64,000 bases of DNA from an uncultured Bacteroidales bacterium (GTDB lineage: Bacteria; Bacteroidota; Bacteroidia; Bacteroidales; UBA3663): NCBI GenBank assembly GCA_905235375.1, contig CAJOLH010000003.1, positions 85,268-149,267 of the forward strand, read 5' to 3'. Each line of letters begins with the position of its first letter. The stretch's first letter is position 1. Under the pieces are notes generated by a model that was not told the origin of the DNA, did no database searches, and saw nothing but the letters and a program-made list of their open reading frames with translations. The position numbers and the translations under genes were made by a program. Shown here piece after piece: positions 18,560-28,200 of this stretch.

Positions 18560-20608
18560 ATGAAAAAGATATCATATTTAGCTATCGCTGCTCTGCTCTC
18601 CTCCCTGTCGGCCTGCGACATCGACGAGGAATACAAGACACAGCTCGACCAAGATGTTGTCTATACCACCGCTGCCGGTTTCGACGGCCTGATCAATGCC
18701 TGCTACGAGAACATGTACTATATGTACGGCAAGGAAGACGGAATCCCAATGATGGAAATGGGCGACCTTTGGCAAAACGGAAGTGCCACCAGCGGAAACT
18801 GGAAAGAATGTGTCAACAACCTCGACTGGAACACCGAGACTGGCGTGAACCGTGTCATCTGGAACGCACTCTATGCCACCATCGCTTACTGCAACACCGC
18901 CATCTACTATCAGAACGAATGTTTGGAGTATGACGCAACTGCCATGAAGGCAAAGGTAGCCGAAGCTTACTTCATGCGCGGATTCTCCTACTTCCATGTC
19001 GTCGAGCAATGGGGCGGCGTCACCCTCACCACCACTTCGATGGCCGAAGAGGGTGCTCGCGAATACGCCTACCGCTCCACCGAAGAAGAGATCTACGACC
19101 AACTCATCTCCGACCTCATGGTGGCCTATCAGTACCTGCCTGTCACCCAGGGACAGGAACACGGACGTGCCACCAAATATGCGGCTGCTGCCATGCTCTG
19201 CAAAGCGTGGATCCAGCGTTCACGCCTCGAACGCGACTTTGCCGAGAATCCCGACGGACGTTCCAAATGGGCCAGTGTCATCACCAACGAGGGCAGTGTC
19301 AAATACTCCACCTCTCAATGCGCCGACTCGGCTTTCAAGTATGCGCAGATTGTCATCAATAGTGGTCGCTTCCAGCTCTATCCTTCCGACGAGACGTCCT
19401 CAGGCAGCACCAAGGAGTGGCTCGGCGACAACAACAAGGACAACTCCGAATTTATCTTCCTCGAAGCCATCGACCACGAAAATGGCTATAACCCCGAAGG
19501 CTGGAACCGTGGACGCACTCGCCAATACTACTTGATGAACATCGGCACGATGGCATCCAACTTCGGCGTACAGAGTGACGGCATCCGTTATGGCCGTGCC
19601 AACACCACCCGCGTGCGCCCCACCCTCTACCTGCTCTACGATTGCTTCGACCCCAAGCCAAGCGAGACCGATGTGCCAAGCACCGTCTATTGCGATGACA
19701 AGAACCGCGAATGGACTGCAGACACACGCTTCGACGACAGCTTCTACTACAAATACTTCATCTCCTCTGGTTCGTTCCCCGTGCCTTACTCCATCCTCAG
19801 GGCTTGCGGCAAAGACACCACCTACTTCTGGGATGCCTACCAGACCTCTGGTTACGAGTCGCGCTATACCATCACGGGCAACATCGCATCACCCGATCAG
19901 CTTAAGGCGAATTACGCCGGCTACAACTATTTTGCCGACAATGGCTCGATGGCAAGCACCGAAGTTATCGAACTCGAGAACCGTCCCGCTGCCCTTGGAT
20001 GCTACACTCCCAACTTCGCTGTCGATTCCGCATGGTGCGCCCGCAAGAAGTACCTCGTAGCAGGTCTGCCCAGCCTCGATGGCTCCATCAACACCGGCAT
20101 CTTCGCCTACCTACAGAACAACGGTTCTGTGGCCGAAGACGCCAACTATCGCTCCCTTGCACCTTCGCTCAAGAAGCTGTCACCGCTCAAGTACCTCATG
20201 ACCAACCAGCAGTCGCTGAACGACTTCCCCATCATCCGTCTCACCGACATCTACCTCCTTGCTGCCGAGGCATCGATCCTTTCAGGCAACAACAAGGGCG
20301 AGGGACTGGAATATCTCAAGACGGTGCGTCGTCATGCCGCCAAGTCAACCAACGAGGCCAAGATCCTCGAAGGTGTAGAGCTCACCATCGACTACCTTGC
20401 CAAGGAACGCGCCCGCGAGCTTTGCGGTGAGAACTGGCGATGGTACGACCTGAAGCGCATGGGTCTCCTCACCGCCGAGTACCTCAATGCACCCCGTCGC
20501 AACATCTATGGTCAGCCCTATCAGACCAAGTGGCGCGTGCGTCCCATCCCCCAGCAGATGCTCGACCAAATCGCCAACCCCGAGGAATACGGCAACAACG
20601 GCTACTAA
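18560..20608 (+). CDS. susD: SusD/RagB-family lipoprotein (682 aa)
   Basis: Sits immediately downstream of susC. Lipobox LSSLSAC. Has the typical SusD N-terminal helices (AGFDGLINACYENMY, AEAYFMRGFSYFHVVEQWGGV) and the C-terminal RARELCGENWRWYDLKRMG block. Confidence 0.9.
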   Translation: MKKISYLAIAALLSSLSACDIDEEYKTQLDQDVVYTTAAGFDGLINACYENMYYMYGKEDGIPMMEMGDLWQNGSATSGNWKECVNNLDWNTETGVNRVIWNALYATIAYCNTAIYYQNECLEYDATAMKAKVAEAYFMRGFSYFHVVEQWGGVTLTTTSMAEEGAREYAYRSTEEEIYDQLISDLMVAYQYLPVTQGQEHGRATKYAAAAMLCKAWIQRSRLERDFAENPDGRSKWASVITNEGSVKYSTSQCADSAFKYAQIVINSGRFQLYPSDETSSGSTKEWLGDNNKDNSEFIFLEAIDHENGYNPEGWNRGRTRQYYLMNIGTMASNFGVQSDGIRYGRANTTRVRPTLYLLYDCFDPKPSETDVPSTVYCDDKNREWTADTRFDDSFYYKYFISSGSFPVPYSILRACGKDTTYFWDAYQTSGYESRYTITGNIASPDQLKANYAGYNYFADNGSMASTEVIELENRPAALGCYTPNFAVDSAWCARKKYLVAGLPSLDGSINTGIFAYLQNNGSVAEDANYRSLAPSLKKLSPLKYLMTNQQSLNDFPIIRLTDIYLLAAEASILSGNNKGEGLEYLKTVRRHAAKSTNEAKILEGVELTIDYLAKERARELCGENWRWYDLKRMGLLTAEYLNAPRRNIYGQPYQTKWRVRPIPQQMLDQIANPEEYGNNGY

Positions 20609-20613
20609 TCCGG

Positions 20614-20700
20614 ATGGGGCCCACTCGCCCCATCCATCCTCCCTCCGTCGCCACCGTTCCCCTCGTCCCCCTTGTCCCCGTCGCAGCCAAGTTTGGCTGC
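20614..20700 (+). repeat. Composite intergenic repeat: hairpin GGATGGGGC-N6-GCCCCATCC, a 9-nt-periodic GTYCCCC tract, and the palindrome GCAGCCAAGTTTGGCTGC
   Basis: Direct reading. The palindrome lies at 20683-20700. GT starts fall at 20647, 20656, 20665 and 20674. Confidence 0.85.
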
Positions 20701-20734
20701 CCCCCATAAAACAACAACCATTAATTAAAAACCT

Positions 20735-21955
20735 ATGAAGAAATTCTTTACTCTTGCAGTCTCATTGCTCGTTCTTTCCGCCACCGCTCAGAACACGGTC
20801 AAGAATCTCGACAAGTCACTCGTCTTCTACCTCACCAACGACACCGTCTCCACCCAGATGGGCATCTATGAGGATCCCGACACCGGCGAAGAGGTCGAAG
20901 GCCTTGTTCCACGCCCATGGAATGGAGCATCCTGTGTGTCCGCCTTCAATGCCTGCGGCATCGGACTTCAGTCCGGCACCGATGATTTCGGACTGAACAT
21001 CACCATCAACAACAAGTACACCGACCCCGAGAACGGCTTCACCATCCCTGCAGGCGTCTATCGTGGTGTCACCCTCAACAGGGCACGTCTTGACATGTCC
21101 GGCCCGCTCAACGATGGCTCCACATTCAGAGCGTTCACCAACGTCAAGTCGATGATCCTCTACTTCATCCCCGTACCCACCACGTGGGTGAACGGAGGCA
21201 TCTCAATCCAGGACTTCCCCACAGGACGTATCGAAGCCCAGTATCTCAACCAGACCGACACGCTTGGCGAACTCTCCAACCTCGCCTATCGTGAGGTACA
21301 CATCAGCATGACCGCCGATCCTCTCGAAGACGAGAACCGCTCCATCAGGGGTGTCGATCTCGTTGGCTTCCAGCGCGACCCCGACGATCCCACCAAGATC
21401 TCCGTCAACCAGCCATTCAAGTGGACGGTCAATCTGCAGAACAAGAAGGACGCTTCGGAGTACGAGGCTATTTGGGCTGACCCCGAAACCAAGCAGGGTG
21501 AGTTCGTCAATTACGTTTGCTCCCCCGACGAGACCGAAGCTGCCATCGACTATTACTTCGGGCGCCTCGACGAATGTCGTGGCTACTACGACAACGAAAA
21601 GATCCAATCCACTGCCACCGGTTACAGTTGCTACGACCACAAGTGGTGCACCAAGACCCCATGGACTGCCGAAACGCCCATCGCTCTCAAGGTGAAATAT
21701 CGTATGTACCTTGTCGGCGTGGCTGTGATGTCGGCTACCGATGGCGCAGGTGTTCAGTACATGAACTCTTCCGATGGTGCCAAGGCCAGCTGGTCTGATA
21801 GCGCAGTCGCTTACGGAACTCATGGTGAGGAGGGCATCGAGACCATCACCGCCGATGCTGTAGCCACCCCTGCCATCTACAACCTCAACGGCCAGCAACT
21901 CCGCACCGCCACTGGCCTCTGCATTTCCGGCGGCAAGCTCATCTACGTTAAGTAA
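20735..21955 (+). CDS. PUL-encoded secreted protein of unknown function with a T9SS-like C-terminal tail (406 aa)
   Basis: Sec signal without a lipobox Cys (LSATAQN). The C-terminus is AIYNLNGQQLRTATGLCISGGKLIYVK. Confidence 0.6.
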   Translation: MKKFFTLAVSLLVLSATAQNTVKNLDKSLVFYLTNDTVSTQMGIYEDPDTGEEVEGLVPRPWNGASCVSAFNACGIGLQSGTDDFGLNITINNKYTDPENGFTIPAGVYRGVTLNRARLDMSGPLNDGSTFRAFTNVKSMILYFIPVPTTWVNGGISIQDFPTGRIEAQYLNQTDTLGELSNLAYREVHISMTADPLEDENRSIRGVDLVGFQRDPDDPTKISVNQPFKWTVNLQNKKDASEYEAIWADPETKQGEFVNYVCSPDETEAAIDYYFGRLDECRGYYDNEKIQSTATGYSCYDHKWCTKTPWTAETPIALKVKYRMYLVGVAVMSATDGAGVQYMNSSDGAKASWSDSAVAYGTHGEEGIETITADAVATPAIYNLNGQQLRTATGLCISGGKLIYVK

Positions 21956-21974
21956 GCCCATCCCCATGTCACGT

Positions 21975-21994
21975 GGCAGCCAAGTTTGGCTGCC
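21975..21994 (+). repeat. Second copy of the GGCAGCCAAGTTTGGCTGCC palindrome
   Basis: Exact inverted repeat, 20 nt after the stop of the 406-aa gene, flanked by C-rich sequence. Confidence 0.9.
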
Positions 21995-22046
21995 CCTCCC
22001 CCAAACAACTATCCCAAACCAAATACTAACCCTAAAAACAAACTGC

Positions 22047-25046
22047 ATGAAAAAGTTTATCTTACTTGCTGCTGCTGTGCTCATGAGCACCACAGCGTTT
22101 GCAGACTCTTACACTATCGTGTTCAACGACAACCCTGAAGGAGTGGATGGAACCATAGTCATCAGACCAGATGTTACGGCCGACTCCATCGCTGCTGAAG
22201 GTGCAGAGTTCATCGCCGACGTAGCCATCGGCACTGCTTCCACCACCTCACGTGCCTACTTTGGCCAGACTGGCTATGGTCTCAAGTTTGGCAACAGTTC
22301 CAACCCTGGAAACCTGCTCATTCACCTTTCTGCCAAAGGTCAGGTGAACGCCACCTCCATCGTCGTAAAGGCGGCTCCCTGGTGGAATACCGACTCTGGC
22401 AAGATCGACACTCCGCATGCCACCATCAATGGCTTCGAATATGCTGTCGATGACACCGAGACCGCACTGAAGGACTACGAAATCGTATTCGACGAGCCAC
22501 AGTTCATCGACACACTCTTCTTCAGCGGCACCGAAAAGGGACGCAGCTATGTCAAGAGCGTGACCATCAATTACGAGGCTGCTTCGTTCGACGCTTCCGT
22601 TGCCCATGCTCCACGTTACACCGAGGGCAAGGCTTTCGAAGTAGTGCTTGGTCCCGACCTCGTTCAAGGCGGATTCCCAAAGACTGCCGAAGATGGCACC
22701 GTAAGCAAGAAGTTCGGCATCTCCGAGAAGTACGACTGGGTAGAGTACATCAACCCAACCTCTACGCTCGACAATGGCAAGGCTGAGGTGCAGACCTCCA
22801 ACCGCTATACCAACTTCGACCCCAACTATGAGGATTACAACTATGGTGAAGGCAACAACTGGATCCAGGTTTATGGCAACAACGGTTCTGTCGACTCTCC
22901 TGTCCTCTCTGCTGCTTGGGGCAAGTACATGGTATTCTATGTAAAGGAGACCGCCAAGATGTCATTCCTCGGCGTAGGTTCTGCCGGCGGCTCTGCCGAG
23001 GACGGCAACTGCCTCCACGTCATCGCCCTCTCTGAGGATGGCGACATCATCGAAATCACCTCTACCCCAGGTGCTATCTACGGTAAGGGCACGGCTTCCG
23101 ACACCGTCAGCATCGCTCTCGATCCCGAGAAGACCTATCAGATTACCCTCAAGGGTGACGAAATCGCCCAGAAGGACATCATGATCGCCGGCATCCAGAT
23201 CTTCGGCGCATCCGAAGTTCCCGGCACCGCTCCCAAGGCACCCGAAGTTCCCAACTTCGCTTACTGGGAGACCGTCAAGGGTCCCGACATGCTGACCACC
23301 AAGACCAAGACTGCCGACGACGGCTCCGTATCCGAAAAGCCTGCCATTGCGCTCGATTGGATCGAATATGTCAACCCAACATCGACGCTTGACGACGGCA
23401 CAGCCGAAGTTCAGACCTCCAACCGCTATACTGACCTCGATCCCGAGACCGGCGAACACGGCGACTTCATTCAGGTTACCGGCGACAATGGATCGGTTGA
23501 CTCTCCTGTCCTTTCCGCTGCATGGGGCAAGTACCTCAAGTTCTTCGTACAGAACACCAAGAAGTTCACCGTTTATGCTGTCGGTTCATCAACCGGCTCT
23601 GCTGAAGACGGCAACTACGTTCTTGTTACTGCCAAGCCATTCAACAGCACCAACAATGTAGTGGCTCAGACCGAACCTGGAACCATCTACGGCAAGGGCA
23701 CAACTTCCGACTGCGTTTCTGTTGTGCTCGATCCTACCGAGAAGTACGAAATCGTTGTCGAAGGTGCTCCTGAGGTCAACAAGGACATCATGATTTCCGC
23801 AGTTACCCTCCAGGACGAGGCCACTGCCGACGCTCAGGAGGCAGGCAAGGGTACGCTCAACATTGCCATCGAGCAGGCTGCTTTCGATGCCGAGGCCAAC
23901 ACCTACAAGGTTGAACTCGTCGAAGGCAAGACCTACACCCTCGCAGGCGAGGCTCCTCTTGGCACCAAGAACGTTGACATCGTTGGTAACAAAGCACTCG
24001 TTGTCACCGCTGCCAACGGACAGATCACTGCCCAGACCGCGCTCAAGATCGAAGACGTCAACTTCGACTGCGCCGCTTCCACCGTGGCTCCTATCGCTTT
24101 CTCTGCTAATCCCGATACATCGCTCTACACCTACACTGAGACCACCGAAACGGCTGAGGATGGCACCGAAACCGTCGTAGGCACCTACAAGTATGAAGGC
24201 GCTAACCAGAAGGTTTACGAGGCTCAGGCCCTCAACATCGTAAAGACCAACTTCGCTAACCTCGGCGTTTCCCTGATCGATGCCAACAAGCAGCCTTGGG
24301 CTGTCCGCAGCCTCGTTATCGATAGTGTTATCGTCCAGAACAACAACGCCGAGGGCAAGGCTCTCATTCGCTTCGACGATGGCGGTAACAGCATCAAGAA
24401 CATCGACATCAAGAACTCGACGTTCTACAACACCAACGAGACCACAGGCTACTACTTCCTCCGCTTCTCGAACGCTTCCAACGCTACTGGAAACAAGGTT
24501 TGGGGCACCGAAGACGCTGCCATGACCTGGAACATGAAGAACAACACCTTCGTCAACAGCCCATCCAACCAGAACTTTGCCAACAACTACGTGAACAACA
24601 AGTGCGTCACCGCTGAGTGGACCGAGAACATCTTCGTCAACACCTATCGCCTCCAGAAGGCCATCGGCGGCAGCTGCGTTTACGTCACCGACAGCACCAA
24701 CTGCATCTGGGGCGGCATCAACGAGGTGGACAACACCGACGCTACCAAGTTCGCCGTGCTCGACTCGATGGATATCCAGTACGCTGAGCTTCCCGCGCTC
24801 GATCTCACCAACCCCGAGGCCCTCAAGGAGTACTTCGCTCCATTCGAGAGCAGCTACGCAGCTAAGGTTCAGGCCGGCGATCCTCGCTGGGCTGTAGAGT
24901 ATGTCGATCCAGTTCCTCCCGTTGCCATCGAGCAGATTGATGCCGAGACGATCGTCACCAACCGCGCTTACAACCTCAACGGCCAGCGCATCGAGAAGGC
25001 CCAAGGCCTCATCGTCCGCGACGGCAAGGTTCAGTACATCAAGTAA
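22047..25046 (+). CDS. PUL-encoded large secreted protein (999 aa): N-terminal domain, two tandem copies of an uncharacterised domain of about 175 aa, a beta-helix-like region, and a T9SS-like tail
   Basis: The start is set at MKKFILLAAAVLMSTTAFA. The internal duplication is visible as VEYINPTSTLDNGKAEVQTSNRYT...SVDSPVLSAAWGKY versus IEYVNPTSTLDDGTAEVQTSNRYT...SVDSPVLSAAWGKY. Parallel beta-helix-like repeats are present (IKNSTFYNT, MKNNTFVNS). The C-terminus is AYNLNGQRIEKAQGLIVRDGKVQYIK. Confidence 0.65.
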   Translation: MKKFILLAAAVLMSTTAFADSYTIVFNDNPEGVDGTIVIRPDVTADSIAAEGAEFIADVAIGTASTTSRAYFGQTGYGLKFGNSSNPGNLLIHLSAKGQVNATSIVVKAAPWWNTDSGKIDTPHATINGFEYAVDDTETALKDYEIVFDEPQFIDTLFFSGTEKGRSYVKSVTINYEAASFDASVAHAPRYTEGKAFEVVLGPDLVQGGFPKTAEDGTVSKKFGISEKYDWVEYINPTSTLDNGKAEVQTSNRYTNFDPNYEDYNYGEGNNWIQVYGNNGSVDSPVLSAAWGKYMVFYVKETAKMSFLGVGSAGGSAEDGNCLHVIALSEDGDIIEITSTPGAIYGKGTASDTVSIALDPEKTYQITLKGDEIAQKDIMIAGIQIFGASEVPGTAPKAPEVPNFAYWETVKGPDMLTTKTKTADDGSVSEKPAIALDWIEYVNPTSTLDDGTAEVQTSNRYTDLDPETGEHGDFIQVTGDNGSVDSPVLSAAWGKYLKFFVQNTKKFTVYAVGSSTGSAEDGNYVLVTAKPFNSTNNVVAQTEPGTIYGKGTTSDCVSVVLDPTEKYEIVVEGAPEVNKDIMISAVTLQDEATADAQEAGKGTLNIAIEQAAFDAEANTYKVELVEGKTYTLAGEAPLGTKNVDIVGNKALVVTAANGQITAQTALKIEDVNFDCAASTVAPIAFSANPDTSLYTYTETTETAEDGTETVVGTYKYEGANQKVYEAQALNIVKTNFANLGVSLIDANKQPWAVRSLVIDSVIVQNNNAEGKALIRFDDGGNSIKNIDIKNSTFYNTNETTGYYFLRFSNASNATGNKVWGTEDAAMTWNMKNNTFVNSPSNQNFANNYVNNKCVTAEWTENIFVNTYRLQKAIGGSCVYVTDSTNCIWGGINEVDNTDATKFAVLDSMDIQYAELPALDLTNPEALKEYFAPFESSYAAKVQAGDPRWAVEYVDPVPPVAIEQIDAETIVTNRAYNLNGQRIEKAQGLIVRDGKVQYIK

Positions 25047-25066
25047 CCCCTCCCCTCTTTAATAGC

Positions 25067-25098
25067 AACGAGCCGGCTCACTCCGGCTCGTTTTTTTT
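25067..25098 (+). terminator. Rho-independent terminator after the 999-aa gene
   Basis: CGAGCCGG-CTCACT-CCGGCTCG stem-loop followed by T8 (25091-25098). Confidence 0.85.
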
Positions 25099-25118
25099 CA
25101 TGTCCCCGTGTCCCCTCC

Positions 25119-25176
25119 GCAGCCGTCCTTGGCTGTCCACTCCCCACCTGTCCCAGTCGCAGCCAAGTTTGGCTGC
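25119..25176 (+). repeat. Degenerate (GCAGCCGTCCTTGGCTG) plus exact (GCAGCCAAGTTTGGCTGC, 25159-25176) copies of the palindromic repeat, with GTCCCC flanks
   Basis: Direct reading. Confidence 0.85.
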
Positions 25177-25218
25177 AAAAAAATCCCCGAAAAATTTGCA
25201 TCTTTCCCCAAAATCCCC

Positions 25219-25226
25219 TATCTTTG
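25219..25226 (+). promoter_or_regulatory. Bacteroidota -7 box (TATCTTTG) for the PL1/CE8 gene
   Basis: Lies within the block AAAATCCCCTATCTTTGC (25210-25227), 45 nt upstream of the ATG at 25271. Confidence 0.55.
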
Positions 25227-25270
25227 CACCAGCTAATAAGCATTGTCAACTAACCACAACCCGCACCCCT

Positions 25271-28200
25271 ATGAAATCCACCCTTTTCTCCACCCTGCTC
25301 TCGGCCGTTGTCCTCCTGTGCACACTCTCAACGCCAGCCCTTGCCGAACGCCAGCTCGCCTTCCCCGGCGCCGAAGGCTACGGTCGCTACGTCACCGGCG
25401 GTCGTGGCGGCGAAGTCTGCTACGTCACCCGCAACGACGATTGCTCGGACAACAACCTCGTCGAAGGCACCCTCCGTTGGGCACTCAACCACGACAACGG
25501 CGGTCGTCCCCGCATCATTCTCTTCAACACCTCGGGCACCATCTACCTTGAGTCAAAGCTCAGGTTCCGCTTCCCCAACGTTTCCATCCTCGGCCAGTCG
25601 GCCCCCGGCGGAGGCATCTGCCTCACCGGCTACAACATGTATATCAACAACGACAACATCATCATCCGTTATGTGCGTTTCCGTGCCGGCGACATCCCCA
25701 ACAAGTCGATGACCGGCCTTGACATGGAGAACTGCGAAGGTGTCATCCTCGACCATTGCTCCATGACGTGGAGCATGGAGGAGTGCCTCACCGCCTACGA
25801 CAGCGACTCCACCACCGTCCAATGGTGCATCATCGGCGAAGGCCTCTACAACTCCAAGAACTCCAAGGGAGCACGTGCCTACGCCACCCAATGGGGAGGT
25901 GAGCACAGCACCATGCACCATACGCTCATCACCAACAGCCACTCGCGCGCCCCGCGCTTCAATGGCGTACGCTCCGTGTCGAACACCAAGGGCGAACACG
26001 ATTACCAGGTCGATTCTGAGTTTGCCAACAACGTCGTCTTCAACTGGAGCGGTGCTACCAACCAGTATGGTGGCGAATACGACAAGGCCACCGTTGAAGC
26101 CCCCGCATGGGCTAAGGATGACCCGGGCTACGATCGCGTATATCTCATCGGCAACTACTACCGCCCGGGTCCCGCCACGCAGCGCAACACCTCCAGCGCC
26201 CGCTACTGGTGTGCCCCCTCCACACCCTACGGCCAATGGTATCTTAGCGGAAACAAGTTCGAAGTGAACAGCCGTTGGGCACCCCAGAACAGCACCGTCT
26301 GGAGCGAAACCGAACTTAACAAGGTCAATGCCGACAACTACTACGGAGCCCAGTCGGGCAGCTCCAGCCGTGGCATCAACCTCACAGGCTCCAACTTCAC
26401 TACCTACACCCTCACCGAACTTCCATACGCCCTCAGCGGTCTCGAATATGAAAGTGCCGACGAAGCCTTTGCGAAAGTCACCAGCCGCGCCGGTGCATCC
26501 CTGCCGCGCTACGATGAGGTCGATCAGCGACTCCTCGACGAAGCCGCAGGCCGCATCGATCCGCAGTATGCCGGTGCTTCCATCCCCAACGAGAAAGGCA
26601 TCATCGATGCACCCGACGACGTCCAGCTCACCGAGCACGACACCTACGTCGTCGATGGTGTCACCTACACCAACTTCCCCTTCCTCGGGATGCGCGAGGG
26701 CGACCGCTACATCATCGATGCTGATTGCGACGGAATGCCCAACGCCTACGAGGACGAGATGGGCTTCAACAAGAACGACCCCACCGATGGCGCAGCCCTT
26801 GCTGCCAATGGCTACACCAACGTTGAGAACTACCTCAACGGCATTGCCGATGGCACTCTCCAGAAGTCGCGCTACGAGACCTCCGACTACGCCATCACAC
26901 CCGGCCATGACATGACCGGCGACGTCCACTACACATTCACCACAGGTCGCGCCGACGGCGAAGCGCCCCAAGGCGGCACCCTGCCCTTCGCCTCGCAGTA
27001 CGTCATTCCACAGAACACCTCCCTCTACCTCGATGGATACACGCTCATCGGCTGGACCAGCCAGGGAAAGACCTATTACATCGGCGATGTCGTCACTCTC
27101 GTCGAGGACATGACCTTCGCGCCCGTCTTCCAGAAGAACACCATCTCGATCGACGACCGTCGCCACGACACCCGCTGGACGTGGGACTTCACCCTACCTG
27201 CCGCCCCTAAGCTAAATGCAGAGGACGAAGGCATCTACGTCAATCAGAACGAGGTCGAAGGCATCTCCATCGACACCTATATCGAATATTCAGGCACCCG
27301 CGTCACCCTGCCCTTTCGCACAGGAGCCACAGCCTTTGTCAACGACACCAAGGTCGAATCCGATGTAAGCCCCGACTCCACCCTAGCCTTTATCACAGTG
27401 CCTACCGATGTCGCCCTACGCACCATCACGGTCCTCTTTCCCTACGTTGAGCCCTCCCATGCCCAATCGGGCAGCGTCACCATCAGCTGGCCCTGGAACA
27501 CGGGAGCCTACGTAGCTGCTGCCACCTTCAGCGACGATGACTCCGCCCTTGCCTTCGCCTCAGCCACCGCCACCTACAACGAGAATTATCTCAGCTATAT
27601 GTCCAAGACCGACAAGGTCGATAAGGAGAACTGGGTAGCCTTCCAACCTGCCGAACAGATCTCGACACCCGACCCCAACTACGTGGTTGAGTTCCGCGTC
27701 ATCCCCGCCGCAGGCGTCAGCTTCACCCCCACGTCCGTCAGCCTCAATGCCATGCGTTTTGGCACCGACGGTGGCAAGCTCGACATCTACGCCGTCTATG
27801 GCGACGAGGAAGTGCTCCTCGACGAAGCCCTCGTCCCAGGTCGCGACAATGCCGGCAAGACCCCCATCTACCACGACCTCTCAAACCCTTCAAACCTCTC
27901 AAACCCTTCAAACCTCTCAAACCTTTCAACCCTTTCAAACCCATTCTCCCTCCGCATCTACATCTACAGCCTCGGCAACTCCAAGCAGGTAGGATTCAAC
28001 CACATCACCATCAACGGGGACTGGAGCGGCAGCTCCTCAGCCGAGCAGTATAGCGTCAGTGCCGAAGCCCTGCCCGCCGAAGGAGGCTCAGTGACCCTCT
28101 CTCCCGCAGGCGGTCTTTATCGCGAAGGCACGGTCATCACCCTCAAAGCCACGCCCAACGAAGGCTACAACTTCGTAGGCTGGACCGACGAGGATGAGAA

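Noticed and set aside
22676-23815. Diversity-generating retroelement (template/variable repeat pair) as the explanation for the duplicated segment
   Set aside because: No reverse transcriptase gene is nearby. The two copies differ throughout at all base types rather than at adenine-specific positions. Both are in-frame parts of one protein, so this is an ordinary domain duplication.
21966-25270. N-terminal extensions given in the ORF track for the 999-aa and 1430-aa PUL genes (starts at 21966 and 25100), and similarly for 10965-12650, 12676, 36501, 38192 and 56084
   Set aside because: The extensions translate repeat elements, terminators or promoter DNA (e.g. SRGSQVWLPLP from the GCAGCCAAGTTTGGCTGC palindrome). 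Internal ATGs followed by canonical signal peptides or conserved N-termini, preceded by -7 boxes, are far more plausible starts.
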